Below are positions 54,585-64,000 of a DNA stretch of 64,000 nt, piece after piece. The stretch's first letter is position 1. Each line of letters starts with the position of its first letter. The notes beneath the pieces are model-generated. The model ran no database searches. It had not been told where the DNA came from and saw only the letters and a program-made list of their open reading frames with translations. Origin of the DNA: Candidatus Omnitrophota bacterium (GTDB lineage: Bacteria; Omnitrophota; Omnitrophia; Omnitrophales; Aquincolibacteriaceae). The translations under genes were made by a program, and so were the position numbers. The DNA lies in NCBI GenBank assembly GCA_035352955.1, contig DAOPYQ010000003.1, positions 76,901-140,900 on the forward strand, in the 5' to 3' direction.

Positions 54585-55199
54585 TTACGAACGCTTGGCG
54601 AGATACGCTTCGAGGAGCTTCCGGAGCTTGGAAAAAGCCTTCCCGCGGTGGGACACGACATGTTTCATCACCGGAGGCACTTCACCAAACGTTTTCTGGT
54701 ACGGCGGATAGAAAAAAAGAGGGTCGTAACCGAATCCCCCGGCACCTTGCAACTCGCGCGTGATCAGGCCATGAACTTGCCCGCGAACGACCCCGACCAG
54801 TCGGTCGGGTTCCGCAAGCGCGATAGCGGATTCGTAATACGCCGTACGTTTTTCATCGGGTACGTCCTTGAGGGAAGCGAGAAGCTTTTCATTATTGGAC
54901 TCATCCGTGCGATACTCGGAGAACCGGGCAGAAAAAACGCCAGGGGCCCCGCCGAGAGCTTCGCAGCAGATCCCGGAATCCTCTCCGATCGTGAGCATCC
55001 CGGTTTGTTCGGCATAGCCGAGCGCCTTGATCTTGGCGTTCTCTTCAAACGTCCTTCCGGTCTCTTCGACACTGGACACTTGCGGGAAGTCCTTGAGACT
55101 GAGACAGCGGACCGGGAGACCGACCACAAGGTCCTGGAGTTCCTTGAGCTTTTTCAGGTTCGACGTGGCCAACAAAAGCCGGACGGGTTCCTCAGACAT
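54585..55199 (-). CDS. rdgB: dITP/XTP pyrophosphatase (Ham1/RdgB family). The ORF extends to 55244.
   Basis: [12 protein letters not shown]...GFGYDPLF. Confidence 0.85.
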   Translation of the reverse strand: MSEEPVRLLLATSNLKKLKELQDLVVGLPVRCLSLKDFPQVSSVEETGRTFEENAKIKALGYAEQTGMLTIGEDSGICCEALGGAPGVFSARFSEYRTDESNNEKLLASLKDVPDEKRTAYYESAIALAEPDRLVGVVRGQVHGLITRELQGAGGFGYDPLFFYPPYQKTFGEVPPVMKHVVSHRGKAFSKLRKLLEAYLAKRS

Positions 55200-55902
55200 T
55201 TTTTTTCTGGATCGCCGAAAGTTCGCGGATCCCTTTTTTGCCAAGTTTCAGGAGCTGCATGAGTTTCGCCTCGGAAAAGGGTTTTCCCTCGGCCGTCCCC
55301 TGGACTTCCACCAGCTTGCCGGAGCCCGTCATGACAACATTCATATCGACCTCGGCCGTGGAATCTTCCGCATAACAAAGGTCGAGCACGGCATTCCCGT
55401 TCACCACTCCGACGCTCACGGCCGCAACGGAATCAAGGACCGGACTTTTTTTGAGAAGCCCCTGGTCCATCAGCTTTTTCACGGCATGCATCAGGGCGAT
55501 ATAACAGCCGGTGATCGACGCGGTACGCGTCCCGCCGTCGCCCTGAATCACGTCCGCATCAAGCCAGATCGTCCTCTCGCCGAGATTTTTAAGGTCCACG
55601 ATCGAACGAAGGCTCCGCCCGATCAACCGCTGGATCTCCTGCGTGCGACCCGAGAGTTTTCCTTTGGCGGCTTCGCGCGCGATACGTTCATTGCACGACG
55701 CGGGCAACATCCCGTACTCCGCAGTCACCCAGCCCTTTCCCTCAACCTTGCAGAAAAAAGGGACTTTTTCCTCAACCGAAGCCGTGCAGATCACCTTGGT
55801 GTCGCCCATCTCGATCAGACAGGAACCGTGCGCGTTCTTCAGATAATTTGTCCGGACGGTCACGTTGCGAAGCTGGTCGTTTTTGCGTTTATCGATCCTC
55901 AA
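55192..55902 (-). CDS. rph: Ribonuclease PH
   Basis: [16 protein letters not shown]...[18 protein letters not shown]. Confidence 0.92.
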   Translation of the reverse strand: MRIDKRKNDQLRNVTVRTNYLKNAHGSCLIEMGDTKVICTASVEEKVPFFCKVEGKGWVTAEYGMLPASCNERIAREAAKGKLSGRTQEIQRLIGRSLRSIVDLKNLGERTIWLDADVIQGDGGTRTASITGCYIALMHAVKKLMDQGLLKKSPVLDSVAAVSVGVVNGNAVLDLCYAEDSTAEVDMNVVMTGSGKLVEVQGTAEGKPFSEAKLMQLLKLGKKGIRELSAIQKKNV

Positions 55903-55911
55903 GAGATCCTC

Positions 55912-56625
55912 CTATCGGATGTTAAGTACTTTATGGAGCTGGACGCCGACCCGCACGTCCGGAAGCCGGCGGCTCCCAAAACGTTGCAGGGTGTTCAAAA
56001 GTTTCATCAGTCGAGGATCGTCGTACCCTTCCCGCCCCCGGCTCGCGGGCTGTAAAAAAACAGGAGTCGCGGGCGCAACGGCCGCCACCATACAAAGGTG
56101 ATCATCATACTCGATCTCATCAATGTCTTTGGAGACCACGATCTTCAGATAGGTCTCCTTCCCCCGCGCAATCTTAAGGAATTTCGCGTGATCATCAAGA
56201 AAATCCTTTTCATGGCTGACGCTTGAAAGCTTGAGGTCCATCGCGATCAAGTCGCAATCTTTCACCACGTCTTCGAGCGCCTGCCAAAGGATCCCGTTCG
56301 TTTCGAGCAAAATCTTGTAATGTTTCTCGCGGAGACGGTGACAGAGCGGTTTCAGGAACGGCACGTAAAGGAGCGGCTCGCCGCCGGTGAGGCTCACGTA
56401 AGCGTGCGGCCCCGCCTCCGTCTCAAGCCGGTCAATCTCGGCCACCACTTCATCGACCGACATCTCCCGGCCTTCCCGGCCGAGTTCATCGCAGTATTCG
56501 CATTCTATGTGGCATTCTTCGAACCGGACGAACAGATGCCGCTCTCCCATTCTCGGGCCTTCGCCCTGAAGCGAGGAAAAGATCTCGGTGATACGCGCCC
56601 GGTCAGCGGTCGGAGGGTGTTTCAT
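55912..56625 (-). CDS. queE: 7-carboxy-7-deazaguanine synthase (radical SAM). The ORF extends to 56661.
   Basis: EIFSSLQGEG and the CxxxCxxC radical-SAM cluster (ECHIECEYCDE). Adjacent to queC. Confidence 0.8.
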   Translation of the reverse strand: MKHPPTADRARITEIFSSLQGEGPRMGERHLFVRFEECHIECEYCDELGREGREMSVDEVVAEIDRLETEAGPHAYVSLTGGEPLLYVPFLKPLCHRLREKHYKILLETNGILWQALEDVVKDCDLIAMDLKLSSVSHEKDFLDDHAKFLKIARGKETYLKIVVSKDIDEIEYDDHLCMVAAVAPATPVFLQPASRGREGYDDPRLMKLLNTLQRFGSRRLPDVRVGVQLHKVLNIR

Positions 56626-57295
56626 AAGATAAGAGCGGATCCGCAAACCCTGCTTCCGCAAAGCCTTTAGCGCGGAGCAAGCAGGAGTCGCACTCTCCGC
56701 AGGGCTTGTCGCTTCCTTCGTAGCAAGACCACGTCCGCTCGAAAGGAACGCCGAGTTTTTGACCGAGAAGGACGATCTCCTTTTTGGATAATCGGATGAG
56801 CGGCGCCTTGATCTCGATGCGTTTGCCTTCGATGCCAGCCCGAGTCCCGAGATTCACGGCATCCGCAAACGCTTGGAGATACTCCGGACGGCAATCCGGA
56901 TAACCGCTGTAATCCAGCGCGTTGACCCCGATGAAAACAGTACCGGCCTGAACGATCTCCGCGCAAGAAATGGCCATGGCAAGAAACACGCTGTTCCGCC
57001 CTGGGACGTACGTCGCCGGGATCCCGCCGCCGGAGATCGTCGCCGCGTCCCGGTGCTTCGGAAGCGGCGCTTTTTCGTCCAGGAGCGCGCTCCCCTTCCA
57101 CGGCATGCTGAGCGACGCGAAGTAGTGCTTGAGTCCGAGCGATCGCGTCATGTTCTGGGCGAGGGATATTTCCTTGTAATGACGCTGGCCGTACTCGATC
57201 GAAAGCGCGACGGGTTCGAAGCCCTCCCGGCGCGCGGCATACAAAGTGACGGTCGAATCGAGCCCTCCGGACAAAAGACAAACAGCCCGGTTCAT
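56603..57295 (-). CDS. queC: 7-cyano-7-deazaguanine synthase
   Basis: PP-loop SGGLDSTV and a C-terminal Zn cluster CGECDSC. Confidence 0.9.
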   Translation of the reverse strand: MNRAVCLLSGGLDSTVTLYAARREGFEPVALSIEYGQRHYKEISLAQNMTRSLGLKHYFASLSMPWKGSALLDEKAPLPKHRDAATISGGGIPATYVPGRNSVFLAMAISCAEIVQAGTVFIGVNALDYSGYPDCRPEYLQAFADAVNLGTRAGIEGKRIEIKAPLIRLSKKEIVLLGQKLGVPFERTWSCYEGSDKPCGECDSCLLRAKGFAEAGFADPLLSYETPSDR

Positions 57296-58161
57296 GGGAT
57301 TTTAACGACCTTGACGCTTTTGAGCTCTTCACCGAGGAACGCTTCGCCGATCCGCGCAAAATTGCGGACATAATCCGTCACACGGATCTTGAGCGGCGCA
57401 CGACGGTCCGCACGGCAGAGGATCCCCCGTCTTTCGAGGAGCGCTTTCAGCTTCAACACCGTCGGGATCGCGGAATCGATCAACCGCACCTTCGGGCCCA
57501 TCACACGGGCAATCACTTTCCCAAGCAACGGATAATGCGTGCAACCGAGGATGAGCGTGTCGATGTTCTTCCTTTTGATCGGAGCGAGATACTTTTTCGC
57601 AGTACCCAAAGCGATCGCATCCTCGAGCCAGCCTTCCTCGGCAAGGTTCACGAAAAGCGGACAGGCCTTCAAAAAATATTCTGCGTCGATGGCGCGGTCC
57701 GTTAACGCTTTGGCGTAACTTCCGCTTTCGATCGTGGCGTTCGTGGCAATCACCCCGATACGGCGGTTGCTCGTGGAAGCCAGCGCTTCTTCCGCGGCAG
57801 GCGTGATCACATCAAGGACCGGAACGGGAAGCGTCCGGCAAAGGGTCTTATACGCAACGCTGGAGGCAGAGTTACATGCGATGACAAGCGCCTTGACCTT
57901 CTGCTTGAGAAGGTAACGGGCGCACTCTTCAGAGCGTCGGCGGATTTCATCCGTGGACTTGGTGCCGTAAGGAAGATGGGCCAGATCGCCCAGATAAAGA
58001 ATCTCCTCGGCAGGAAGCATCCGGCGAAGCTGCCGGACAACGGTCAGGCCGCCGAGGCCCGAATCAAAAACACCAATGGGCCGCTTCGAGAAACGGGCGG
58101 ACATCGCCTTCGCTTCTGATTTTGTCGCGGGCCGAAAAACAACGGAAGGCATGCGAGACAC
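57292..58161 (-). CDS. murI: Glutamate racemase
   Basis: VFDSGLGGLTV and the second catalytic Cys region GCTHYP. Confidence 0.9.
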   Translation of the reverse strand: MSRMPSVVFRPATKSEAKAMSARFSKRPIGVFDSGLGGLTVVRQLRRMLPAEEILYLGDLAHLPYGTKSTDEIRRRSEECARYLLKQKVKALVIACNSASSVAYKTLCRTLPVPVLDVITPAAEEALASTSNRRIGVIATNATIESGSYAKALTDRAIDAEYFLKACPLFVNLAEEGWLEDAIALGTAKKYLAPIKRKNIDTLILGCTHYPLLGKVIARVMGPKVRLIDSAIPTVLKLKALLERRGILCRADRRAPLKIRVTDYVRNFARIGEAFLGEELKSVKVVKIP

Positions 58162-58185
58162 CTTAATTCGTCCGGGGCGGCAACA

Positions 58186-59253
58186 TCACAGGACGCTCAC
58201 TTTTTTCATCGCGTCTTTGATACGGCCCAGACCTTCTTCCATTTGCTTGATATCAAGGGCATAACTGAGACGCAGTCGCTCGGGCGCCCCGAACCATTCT
58301 CCCAAATAGGCGATAACTTTGTATTCCTGAACCAGGACGCTCAGGAACTTGCGCGCATTATTGCACTTGGGCAGCACATAAAAAGCGCCTTCCGGTTTCC
58401 AAAGGTCAAAGCCGAGATTCAAAAGCCCCTGGTAAATAAAATCCCGCCGCTCGCGCCAGACAAGTTGCTGCTTCTTGATATAGTCCTTGGGCGCTTTCAT
58501 GGCATGGAGGGCCATGTCCTGTCCGACAAGGTTGGTATTCATGGAAGTATGGGTTTTTTCTTCGCAGACATCCTCCACCACCTTCTTGTCCGCGCTCCAT
58601 AAATAGCCGACCCGCACTCCGCACATGCAATAGGTCTTGGAAAAGGAATTGACCGTAATCACATGATCGCCCTGGAGATGATAATTTTCGCGTTCATAGA
58701 TCAGGTCCTTATAAACTTCGTCCGAGACCACATAAACACCGAGCTTTTGCGTAACCCGTTCGATCTCCTTAAGCGTTTCGATCGACTCCACGCACCCCGT
58801 GGGATTGGAAGGTGAGTTAATGAGCACGGCTTTACATCCCACAACCTTCTTTTTAAAATCCTCGATATCGATCCGTCCCCCAACCAGGTCTGTATAGACA
58901 GGAACCATGCCGGCCATTTCGATAATGGGAGGATAAGAATAGTAGTAAGGCCGGGGCAAAAGAATCTTCCCGCCTTTGCCCCAACTCCGGAAAATAAGGT
59001 CCAGCGCCTCGGAAGCGCCGTTTGTGATGACGAAGTTTTCGGCCGTAGATCCGGAATATTCATGGCTCAGGGCTTCTCTCAATTTGAACTCGCCCTGGAT
59101 AAGCCCGTAACGAAGATCCCTTTTTAAATGAATGCCCTCAAAGGCTTCGCTGGGAGGAGGCAGATCGGGCTGACCGGACCCGAAACTGATGTATCCCTGG
59201 CCTTGCTTGCCGATAAAATCCGCCGGACTTTTAAGTTTAAGAAGTTCAGACAT
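58186..59253 (-). CDS. PLP-dependent class I/II aminotransferase
   Basis: PLP lysine region SFSKTYCMCGVRVGY. Confidence 0.8.
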   Translation of the reverse strand: MSELLKLKSPADFIGKQGQGYISFGSGQPDLPPPSEAFEGIHLKRDLRYGLIQGEFKLREALSHEYSGSTAENFVITNGASEALDLIFRSWGKGGKILLPRPYYYSYPPIIEMAGMVPVYTDLVGGRIDIEDFKKKVVGCKAVLINSPSNPTGCVESIETLKEIERVTQKLGVYVVSDEVYKDLIYERENYHLQGDHVITVNSFSKTYCMCGVRVGYLWSADKKVVEDVCEEKTHTSMNTNLVGQDMALHAMKAPKDYIKKQQLVWRERRDFIYQGLLNLGFDLWKPEGAFYVLPKCNNARKFLSVLVQEYKVIAYLGEWFGAPERLRLSYALDIKQMEEGLGRIKDAMKKVSVL

Positions 59254-59380
59254 GGCAGAACCCGAATTCCGGCAGCGACTCGAGCCGAACAGGCACTGTC
59301 CGATACGCTTCGTTCATCAACATGACATCCCACGCTCTTTCCGAGAAATGATTCTCATAAGTTCATCCGTTAAGACAACG

Positions 59381-59665
59381 TTACTTCTCATCTTCATCAT
59401 CGTCCGCTTCCTCGTCTTCCATTTCCGGCGCCTCGTCATCGATGATGCAAATCACTTCGTCCCGCTGCACTGTTTCGTCTTCGTCAAAATAAACTTCGGT
59501 GAGGATCCCCGAAGCCGGCGCCGAGATCACCACGACCGAATCCTCGGTCACAAGCTCGACCAGATCGTCACCCTCATTCACCGGATCCCCTTCTTCAATG
59601 AACCACTTCTTGATGGCAGCCTCGTCAACTTTCGAACCAAGACCTTTTGCAAGGACTTCAATCAT
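59381..59665 (-). CDS. Small lipoyl/biotinyl-domain-like protein lacking the modifiable lysine, with an acidic C-terminal tail
   Basis: Fold pattern IKKWFIEEGDPVNEGDDLVELVTEDSVVVISAPASGILTEV. The canonical E-T-D-K-A position reads T-E-D-S-V. The C-terminus is EDEEADDDEDEK. Confidence 0.5.
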   Translation of the reverse strand: MIEVLAKGLGSKVDEAAIKKWFIEEGDPVNEGDDLVELVTEDSVVVISAPASGILTEVYFDEDETVQRDEVICIIDDEAPEMEDEEADDDEDEK

Positions 59666-59702
59666 CTTCCGATCTCCCTTTTATTGGAATTTTTAGGACC
59701 GG

Positions 59703-60605
59703 TCAGATACCGGTCTGCGTTTCCGCCGTCCCAAGGGTCCGCTCCGCGCCGGGGCCCGCAAAGGTTTCCTTCGCATGATATGAACTCCTCACGTACGCCC
59801 CGGAAGAAACCTTGTCGAACCCCATGGCCCGAAGCTTCCGGGCCAGGTCTTCAAATTTCTCCGGTGAAACATATTCTTGCACTTCAATGTTTTTGGGTCC
59901 CGGCTGGAGATACTGCCCAAGCGTCAGAATGCTAACGCCCACGGAAAGCAGGTGCCGGCCGGTTTCAAGGATTTCAGGAACGGTTTCACCGAGCCCCAAC
60001 ATCAGGCCGCTTTTTGTGACCCGCTCCGGCGCCAAGCGTTTGGCGGTCTCAAGCGTCTTCAGAGAACACTGATAATCCGCCTGAGGCCGGACGAACGCCT
60101 GAAGGCGCTCGACCGTCTCAAGATTATGATTAAAAACGTCGGGCGCGGACTCCACCACGCGACCGATCAGCGCTTCGCGCGCATGGAAATCCGGTGTCAG
60201 CACCTCAACCCGCGAATCGGGAATTTCCCGTTTCACGGCGCCGACCGTTTCGGCATAATGACCCGAACCTTCGTCCGCAAGGTCATCCCGCGTGACAGAA
60301 GTGATCACCACATATTTCAGCCCCAACTCCTTGGCCGCAAAAGCAACGCGCTCCGGCTCATCCGCCCGCAACATCTCCGGACGGCCGGTCCGCACGGCAC
60401 AAAAACCGCAGTGGCGCGTGCAAATCTCTCCGAGGATCATAAACGTGGCCGTATCCCGGGCGTAACATTCGTGGCAGTTCGGACACCTCGCGGAGCGGCA
60501 CACGGTGTTCAGCTGATATTTTTTCAGGATCGCGTGCGTCTTCTCGGCAGAGTCTTCAGGCAGAGAACGCCTCAACCAATCGGGGAATCTTCTAAAGGAA
60601 CGCAC
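59703..60605 (-). CDS. lipA: Lipoyl synthase
   Basis: Two cysteine clusters: CRSARCPNCHEC and CTRHCGFC (radical SAM). Confidence 0.93.
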   Translation of the reverse strand: MRSFRRFPDWLRRSLPEDSAEKTHAILKKYQLNTVCRSARCPNCHECYARDTATFMILGEICTRHCGFCAVRTGRPEMLRADEPERVAFAAKELGLKYVVITSVTRDDLADEGSGHYAETVGAVKREIPDSRVEVLTPDFHAREALIGRVVESAPDVFNHNLETVERLQAFVRPQADYQCSLKTLETAKRLAPERVTKSGLMLGLGETVPEILETGRHLLSVGVSILTLGQYLQPGPKNIEVQEYVSPEKFEDLARKLRAMGFDKVSSGAYVRSSYHAKETFAGPGAERTLGTAETQTGI

Positions 60606-60732
60606 CAGAGGTCCTTTACATTAAACCGGGTTCACAACGCGAAATGAGTGTGGATTTTAATCGGAAAACTCCCGGGGTGTCAAGAGCAACAGACGGCCGG
60701 GAAAGACTCGCAACTCTTTTAAAAAAAACGGT

Positions 60733-61401
60733 TTAACGCAGGAACGGCACAAGCAACGGCCGGGGAATCCCGATATCGGCCACTTCGATCTTTCCGGCAT
60801 GCGCCGGACCTTCCTGGCGGGTCAATCCACGCTTCGGAAGCCCCAGCGTCACGGTCCGTTCTGCCGTCACCGCATCCCCGTGAATTTCCCCCGTATCCGC
60901 GTCAAGACCTGAGGGAATATCAATACTCACGACCGGCCGGCCGCTCCGGCGAATCGCCCGGATCGCGGAAGCGAACACCCCGCGGACCGGGCTGTTAAGG
61001 CCAATCCCGAAGATCGCATCCACAATCACCGCCGCCTTCCGGCTACAGGCTTCGAAAACACGTTCTGTCATTTTGGGACGAGCCAACGTCATCGGGATCT
61101 TCATTTTCCGGGCGATCCTGAAATTAAGAAGCGGGTCGGGTTTCAATTGCTCAGGATCCTCGAGAAGAACGACGCGCACGGGACTGCCGTGATTGACCAG
61201 ATCGCGGGCAACCACAAGACCGTCGCCTCCGTTATTCCCCTTCCCCGCAAAGACCAGGACCGGGCAGTTTCCGTATTCACGGATCACGGCACTCGCAACC
61301 GCGCGACCGGCGTTCTCCATTAAGAGAATGGAAGGAATGGAATATTTCTCGATCGAGGCCTGATCAAGACGCCTCATCTGCTCCGATGTGACGGCTTTCA
61401 C
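60733..61401 (-). CDS. NAD(P)H-hydrate epimerase (YjeF N-terminal domain only)
   Basis: VLVFAGKGNNGGDGLVVARDL signature. Confidence 0.85.
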   Translation of the reverse strand: MKAVTSEQMRRLDQASIEKYSIPSILLMENAGRAVASAVIREYGNCPVLVFAGKGNNGGDGLVVARDLVNHGSPVRVVLLEDPEQLKPDPLLNFRIARKMKIPMTLARPKMTERVFEACSRKAAVIVDAIFGIGLNSPVRGVFASAIRAIRRSGRPVVSIDIPSGLDADTGEIHGDAVTAERTVTLGLPKRGLTRQEGPAHAGKIEVADIGIPRPLLVPFLR

Positions 61402-61410
61402 GCCGGCCTC

Positions 61411-62928
61411 TTACGGATTCTTTTTTTCCGGAGAAACCGAAGGACGCCCGACAGGTCCGCGGACGGCGGGTTTTGCTCCAGTATCCATCACGGCTGATTC
61501 GTTGCCGAGAAAAACCGTCAATTTCTGAAACCCCAGCCGGAGCGTGTCAAGACTCCGGCCCCAGGTCCCGAGTTCGCGGGTCGCGGCCGTGATCTTCCGC
61601 TCCATGCGACTCCGATAACGGCGGTGTTCTTCCTCGATTTTTCCGCACCGGGTTTCGAAATCCAAAAGCTTCGCTTCGTAGGCCTTCCGCTCCTGCGTCA
61701 ACCGGGTATACTCCAGACGCAAGGCATCGCACTCCTGAGCCTTCGCGGCAAGCTCCCCCACCCGTTTTTCCAAAGCCACCAGAGCGTTATCCCTCGCGCG
61801 GAGCGCTTCCTCCTTGACCCGAAGTTCTTCCGCGACGACCGCGGAATTCCGCTCAAACGCGTCAATCTTTTTCAAAGCTTCTCTTTCGCGTTCTTGGATG
61901 CTGCTCAGTTCCCGGGACAAAAGTTCCATGGCCTTGGATTTTTCAACGATCTCGTTTTCAAACGTCTGCGCTTTGTCCATCCAGCGTTGTACTTCAGACT
62001 GTTTCGCGTTGGACTCCGATTCCTTCTGGGTTAAAAGCCGTTCCAGCTCCTCGGCCCGCGCGGCAGATTCCCGGATCTTTTCTAATTCAGCGGACAGCTG
62101 CGCCAGCTCTTCCGTTTTCCTCGCGAGCGCATCTTCGAGCTCATAGACCCGGTCGCCGAGCGCCGTTGCCTTAAACCGCCATTCGTCAGACTCCTCTTTC
62201 TTCTGGGCCTCGCGACGCCGCATCTCCTCCCGAAGGCCTTCATCGTCTTGCGCGGGCACTTCGTGAACAGACGGCTCCGGCGCCGAAGCGGGTGCCTCAA
62301 AAACCTGCGGCGGGGCCTCCTGGATCTTTTCGAGCTTTTCCGAAAGATCTTTCGCCCGCTTTTTCCAATCCGCATCTTCAGCGACCGGCGGCACGGGAGA
62401 AATCCCGGACGCTTCCTGAGAGGTCTTCGACGGAACCTTGGGTTCCTCCTGAGAGATCTCCGGAGAGAAAGACCGGGGGGTCTCACCCTCAACAGGCACC
62501 GATGGAACCGGAGCGGCTTTTCCGGAAGCGGGCTTGGTGCCGTCTTTCAGAAAATAGGAAAGGTCCGGCTTCTGCGGCCAGAGGATCTGATAACAGTTTT
62601 TTTTGATCACTTCGTGGTTAGAGATCTCGGTCACGGTGCCGAGTTTCTGAAAAAAACCTTTGATCCGCGTGGCGGCGGTAAAAGAAAGACCATCGAGAAG
62701 AATGAGGGGAAGATTCGAGATCGCCTGCTCGGCATCACTGCGGTCAAGGTCGAAGATCTCACTCAGCCGTTTGGCGAGATCTTTCTTCTTCTTTGAAGGA
62801 AAGGATTGCAGAATGACGCTCCAGTCCTCAGATTGTTGCGGAGACTTCGCTTCATCCATTGCCATGACTCGACCTCTCTTTTTGAATTTTCGCTTCGGCC
62901 GGAAAGAGTTTACGGGTATTATACCCAA
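61411..62928 (-). CDS. Coiled-coil protein of unknown function. The start is possibly M22 at 62865.
   Basis: Small N-terminal globular region (about 100 aa), a Pro/Ser-rich linker, then roughly 250 aa of E/R/K/L-rich heptad-like sequence. Confidence 0.5.
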   Translation of the reverse strand: MGIIPVNSFRPKRKFKKRGRVMAMDEAKSPQQSEDWSVILQSFPSKKKKDLAKRLSEIFDLDRSDAEQAISNLPLILLDGLSFTAATRIKGFFQKLGTVTEISNHEVIKKNCYQILWPQKPDLSYFLKDGTKPASGKAAPVPSVPVEGETPRSFSPEISQEEPKVPSKTSQEASGISPVPPVAEDADWKKRAKDLSEKLEKIQEAPPQVFEAPASAPEPSVHEVPAQDDEGLREEMRRREAQKKEESDEWRFKATALGDRVYELEDALARKTEELAQLSAELEKIRESAARAEELERLLTQKESESNAKQSEVQRWMDKAQTFENEIVEKSKAMELLSRELSSIQEREREALKKIDAFERNSAVVAEELRVKEEALRARDNALVALEKRVGELAAKAQECDALRLEYTRLTQERKAYEAKLLDFETRCGKIEEEHRRYRSRMERKITAATRELGTWGRSLDTLRLGFQKLTVFLGNESAVMDTGAKPAVRGPVGRPSVSPEKKNP

Positions 62929-62962
62929 AAATCAGAAAGGCAAAAGAACATCCTCAAATTTT

Positions 62963-63925
62963 ATGCTCCGTCTCGGTTCTATTAAACTTAAAATACCGGT
63001 CTTTCAGTCCCCCATGGCAGGGTGCACCGATCCGGCCTTCCGTTTGATCGCCCGCGAACACGGACTGGAGCTCGCCTTCACCGAAATGATCTCCGCCGAA
63101 GCACTCGTCCGGGGGCACAAAACAACCGCCGCGTTCCTCCGCCGGGTCCGGGGAGACAAACCTCTCGGCGCGCAACTCGTCGGCCACAATCCAGTCTCCA
63201 TGGGCAAGGCCGCAGCGATTATCGAAGACATGGGACTGGATATCCTCGACCTCAATTGCGGCTGCCCCGTTCGGAAAGTCGTCTCCCCCGGCGCGGGATC
63301 CGCGCTTCTGCAAACTCCGGACCTTGCGAAAAAGATCTTCGCGAGCGTCATGGCACATATCAAAAAAATCCCCGTTACGGTCAAAATGCGGACCGGTTTC
63401 GAGGACGCGTCCGGAAAAGAGGCGGTCCGCCTCGCCCGGATCGCGGAAGATTGCGGGCTTTCGGCCGTCACCGTCCACGGGCGCACCCGGCTTCAGGCCT
63501 ATACCGGAAAAGCGGACTGGAACGCGATCGGCCACATCAAACGATCCGTCAAGATCCCGGTCTTCGGGAACGGCGATATTTTTGCACCCGAAGACGCGGT
63601 CCGCATGCTCGAAACCGCTGGCTGTGACGGGGTTGCCATCGGGCGCGGAGCCCTTGGAAATCCATGGCTTTACGAAGGAATCCTCGCCCTTCTGAAAGGA
63701 AAAACGCCGGCCACGCCGTCATTTGAAGAGAAAAAGCGCGTTGCTCTTAGGCACATCCGTCAGGAAGTGAAATTCGAGGGAGAAAAAACGGGGGTATTAC
63801 AGTCCCGCAAGATCGCCTGCTGGTATTTCAAGGGGTGTCCGAACGTGGCGCAGTTCCGGGAAAAGATCAACCGGGCGAACACACTCCGGGACCTGACCAA
63901 AGAGATCCGGGATTTTGGAACTTAG
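62963..63925 (+). CDS. dus: tRNA-dihydrouridine synthase. The ORF begins at 62660; the homology start is MLRLGSIKL at 62963.
   Basis: PMAGCTDPAFR, a TIM-barrel FMN pocket, and catalytic Cys (LNCGCP). Confidence 0.88.
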   Translation: MLRLGSIKLKIPVFQSPMAGCTDPAFRLIAREHGLELAFTEMISAEALVRGHKTTAAFLRRVRGDKPLGAQLVGHNPVSMGKAAAIIEDMGLDILDLNCGCPVRKVVSPGAGSALLQTPDLAKKIFASVMAHIKKIPVTVKMRTGFEDASGKEAVRLARIAEDCGLSAVTVHGRTRLQAYTGKADWNAIGHIKRSVKIPVFGNGDIFAPEDAVRMLETAGCDGVAIGRGALGNPWLYEGILALLKGKTPATPSFEEKKRVALRHIRQEVKFEGEKTGVLQSRKIACWYFKGCPNVAQFREKINRANTLRDLTKEIRDFGT

Positions 63926-64000
63926 CCCGGCTTATTTCGACCAGTGCCTCCGAACCCAGTCCGACGAACGGTCCGAGGAAGAACGGTAAGCGATGGAATA

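Noticed and set aside
1-64000. Prophage, integron or transposon content
   Set aside because: No integrase, recombinase, transposase, phage structural genes or attC-like sites were recognised. The gene content is core metabolism plus pilus and envelope genes.

Overview
This 64-kb window comes from a high-GC (about 60%) bacterial chromosome and is densely coding. Nearly every gene lies on the minus strand, with many 1-4 nt start/stop overlaps.

What is here, in order:
- Housekeeping genes: accD, rpoN, gltB/gltD, accB/accC, aroQ, the infC-rpmI-rplT operon, thrS, pheS/pheT, queC/queE, murI, lipA, rph and rdgB.
- Three tRNAs on the minus strand: Thr-CGT, Gly-CCC and Val-GAC.
- A split ADP-heptose pathway: gmhA, a stand-alone heptose adenylyltransferase, and a PfkB-family kinase.
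- Two tandem Hsp20 genes, the first behind a near-consensus sigma54 promoter.
- A complete type IV pilus cluster (pilB, pilC, pilA, three minor pilins, a fused pilM-pilN, pilO, pilP, pilQ, then ExeA-like and GspB-like genes) with a CheY-like regulator upstream.

The most unusual locus is an 11-kb single ORF (20734..31788, minus strand) encoding a 3684-aa protein:
- It has a signal peptide and an N-terminal TraB/GumN/Tiki-like domain.
- It has a central cluster of transmembrane helices and a recurring RAEKR pentapeptide.
- It contains a 100%-identical in-frame 459-bp tandem duplication.
- A STAS-PilZ fusion gene, a predicted c-di-GMP receptor, sits immediately upstream.
- A roughly 200-bp AT-rich island unlike the rest of the window lies beyond that.

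Other non-standard signals:
- A candidate small RNA with a canonical sigma70 promoter and intrinsic terminator between the giant gene and a DUF1844 gene.
- Three in-frame 63-nt tandem repeats at the pheS 3' end, each carrying a Q-F-A-stop copy and a GC hairpin.
- A lipoyl-domain-like protein next to lipA that lacks the lipoyl-lysine.
- A 17-nt duplication of the tRNA-Gly 3' end.

No CRISPR array, transposase or integrase was found.
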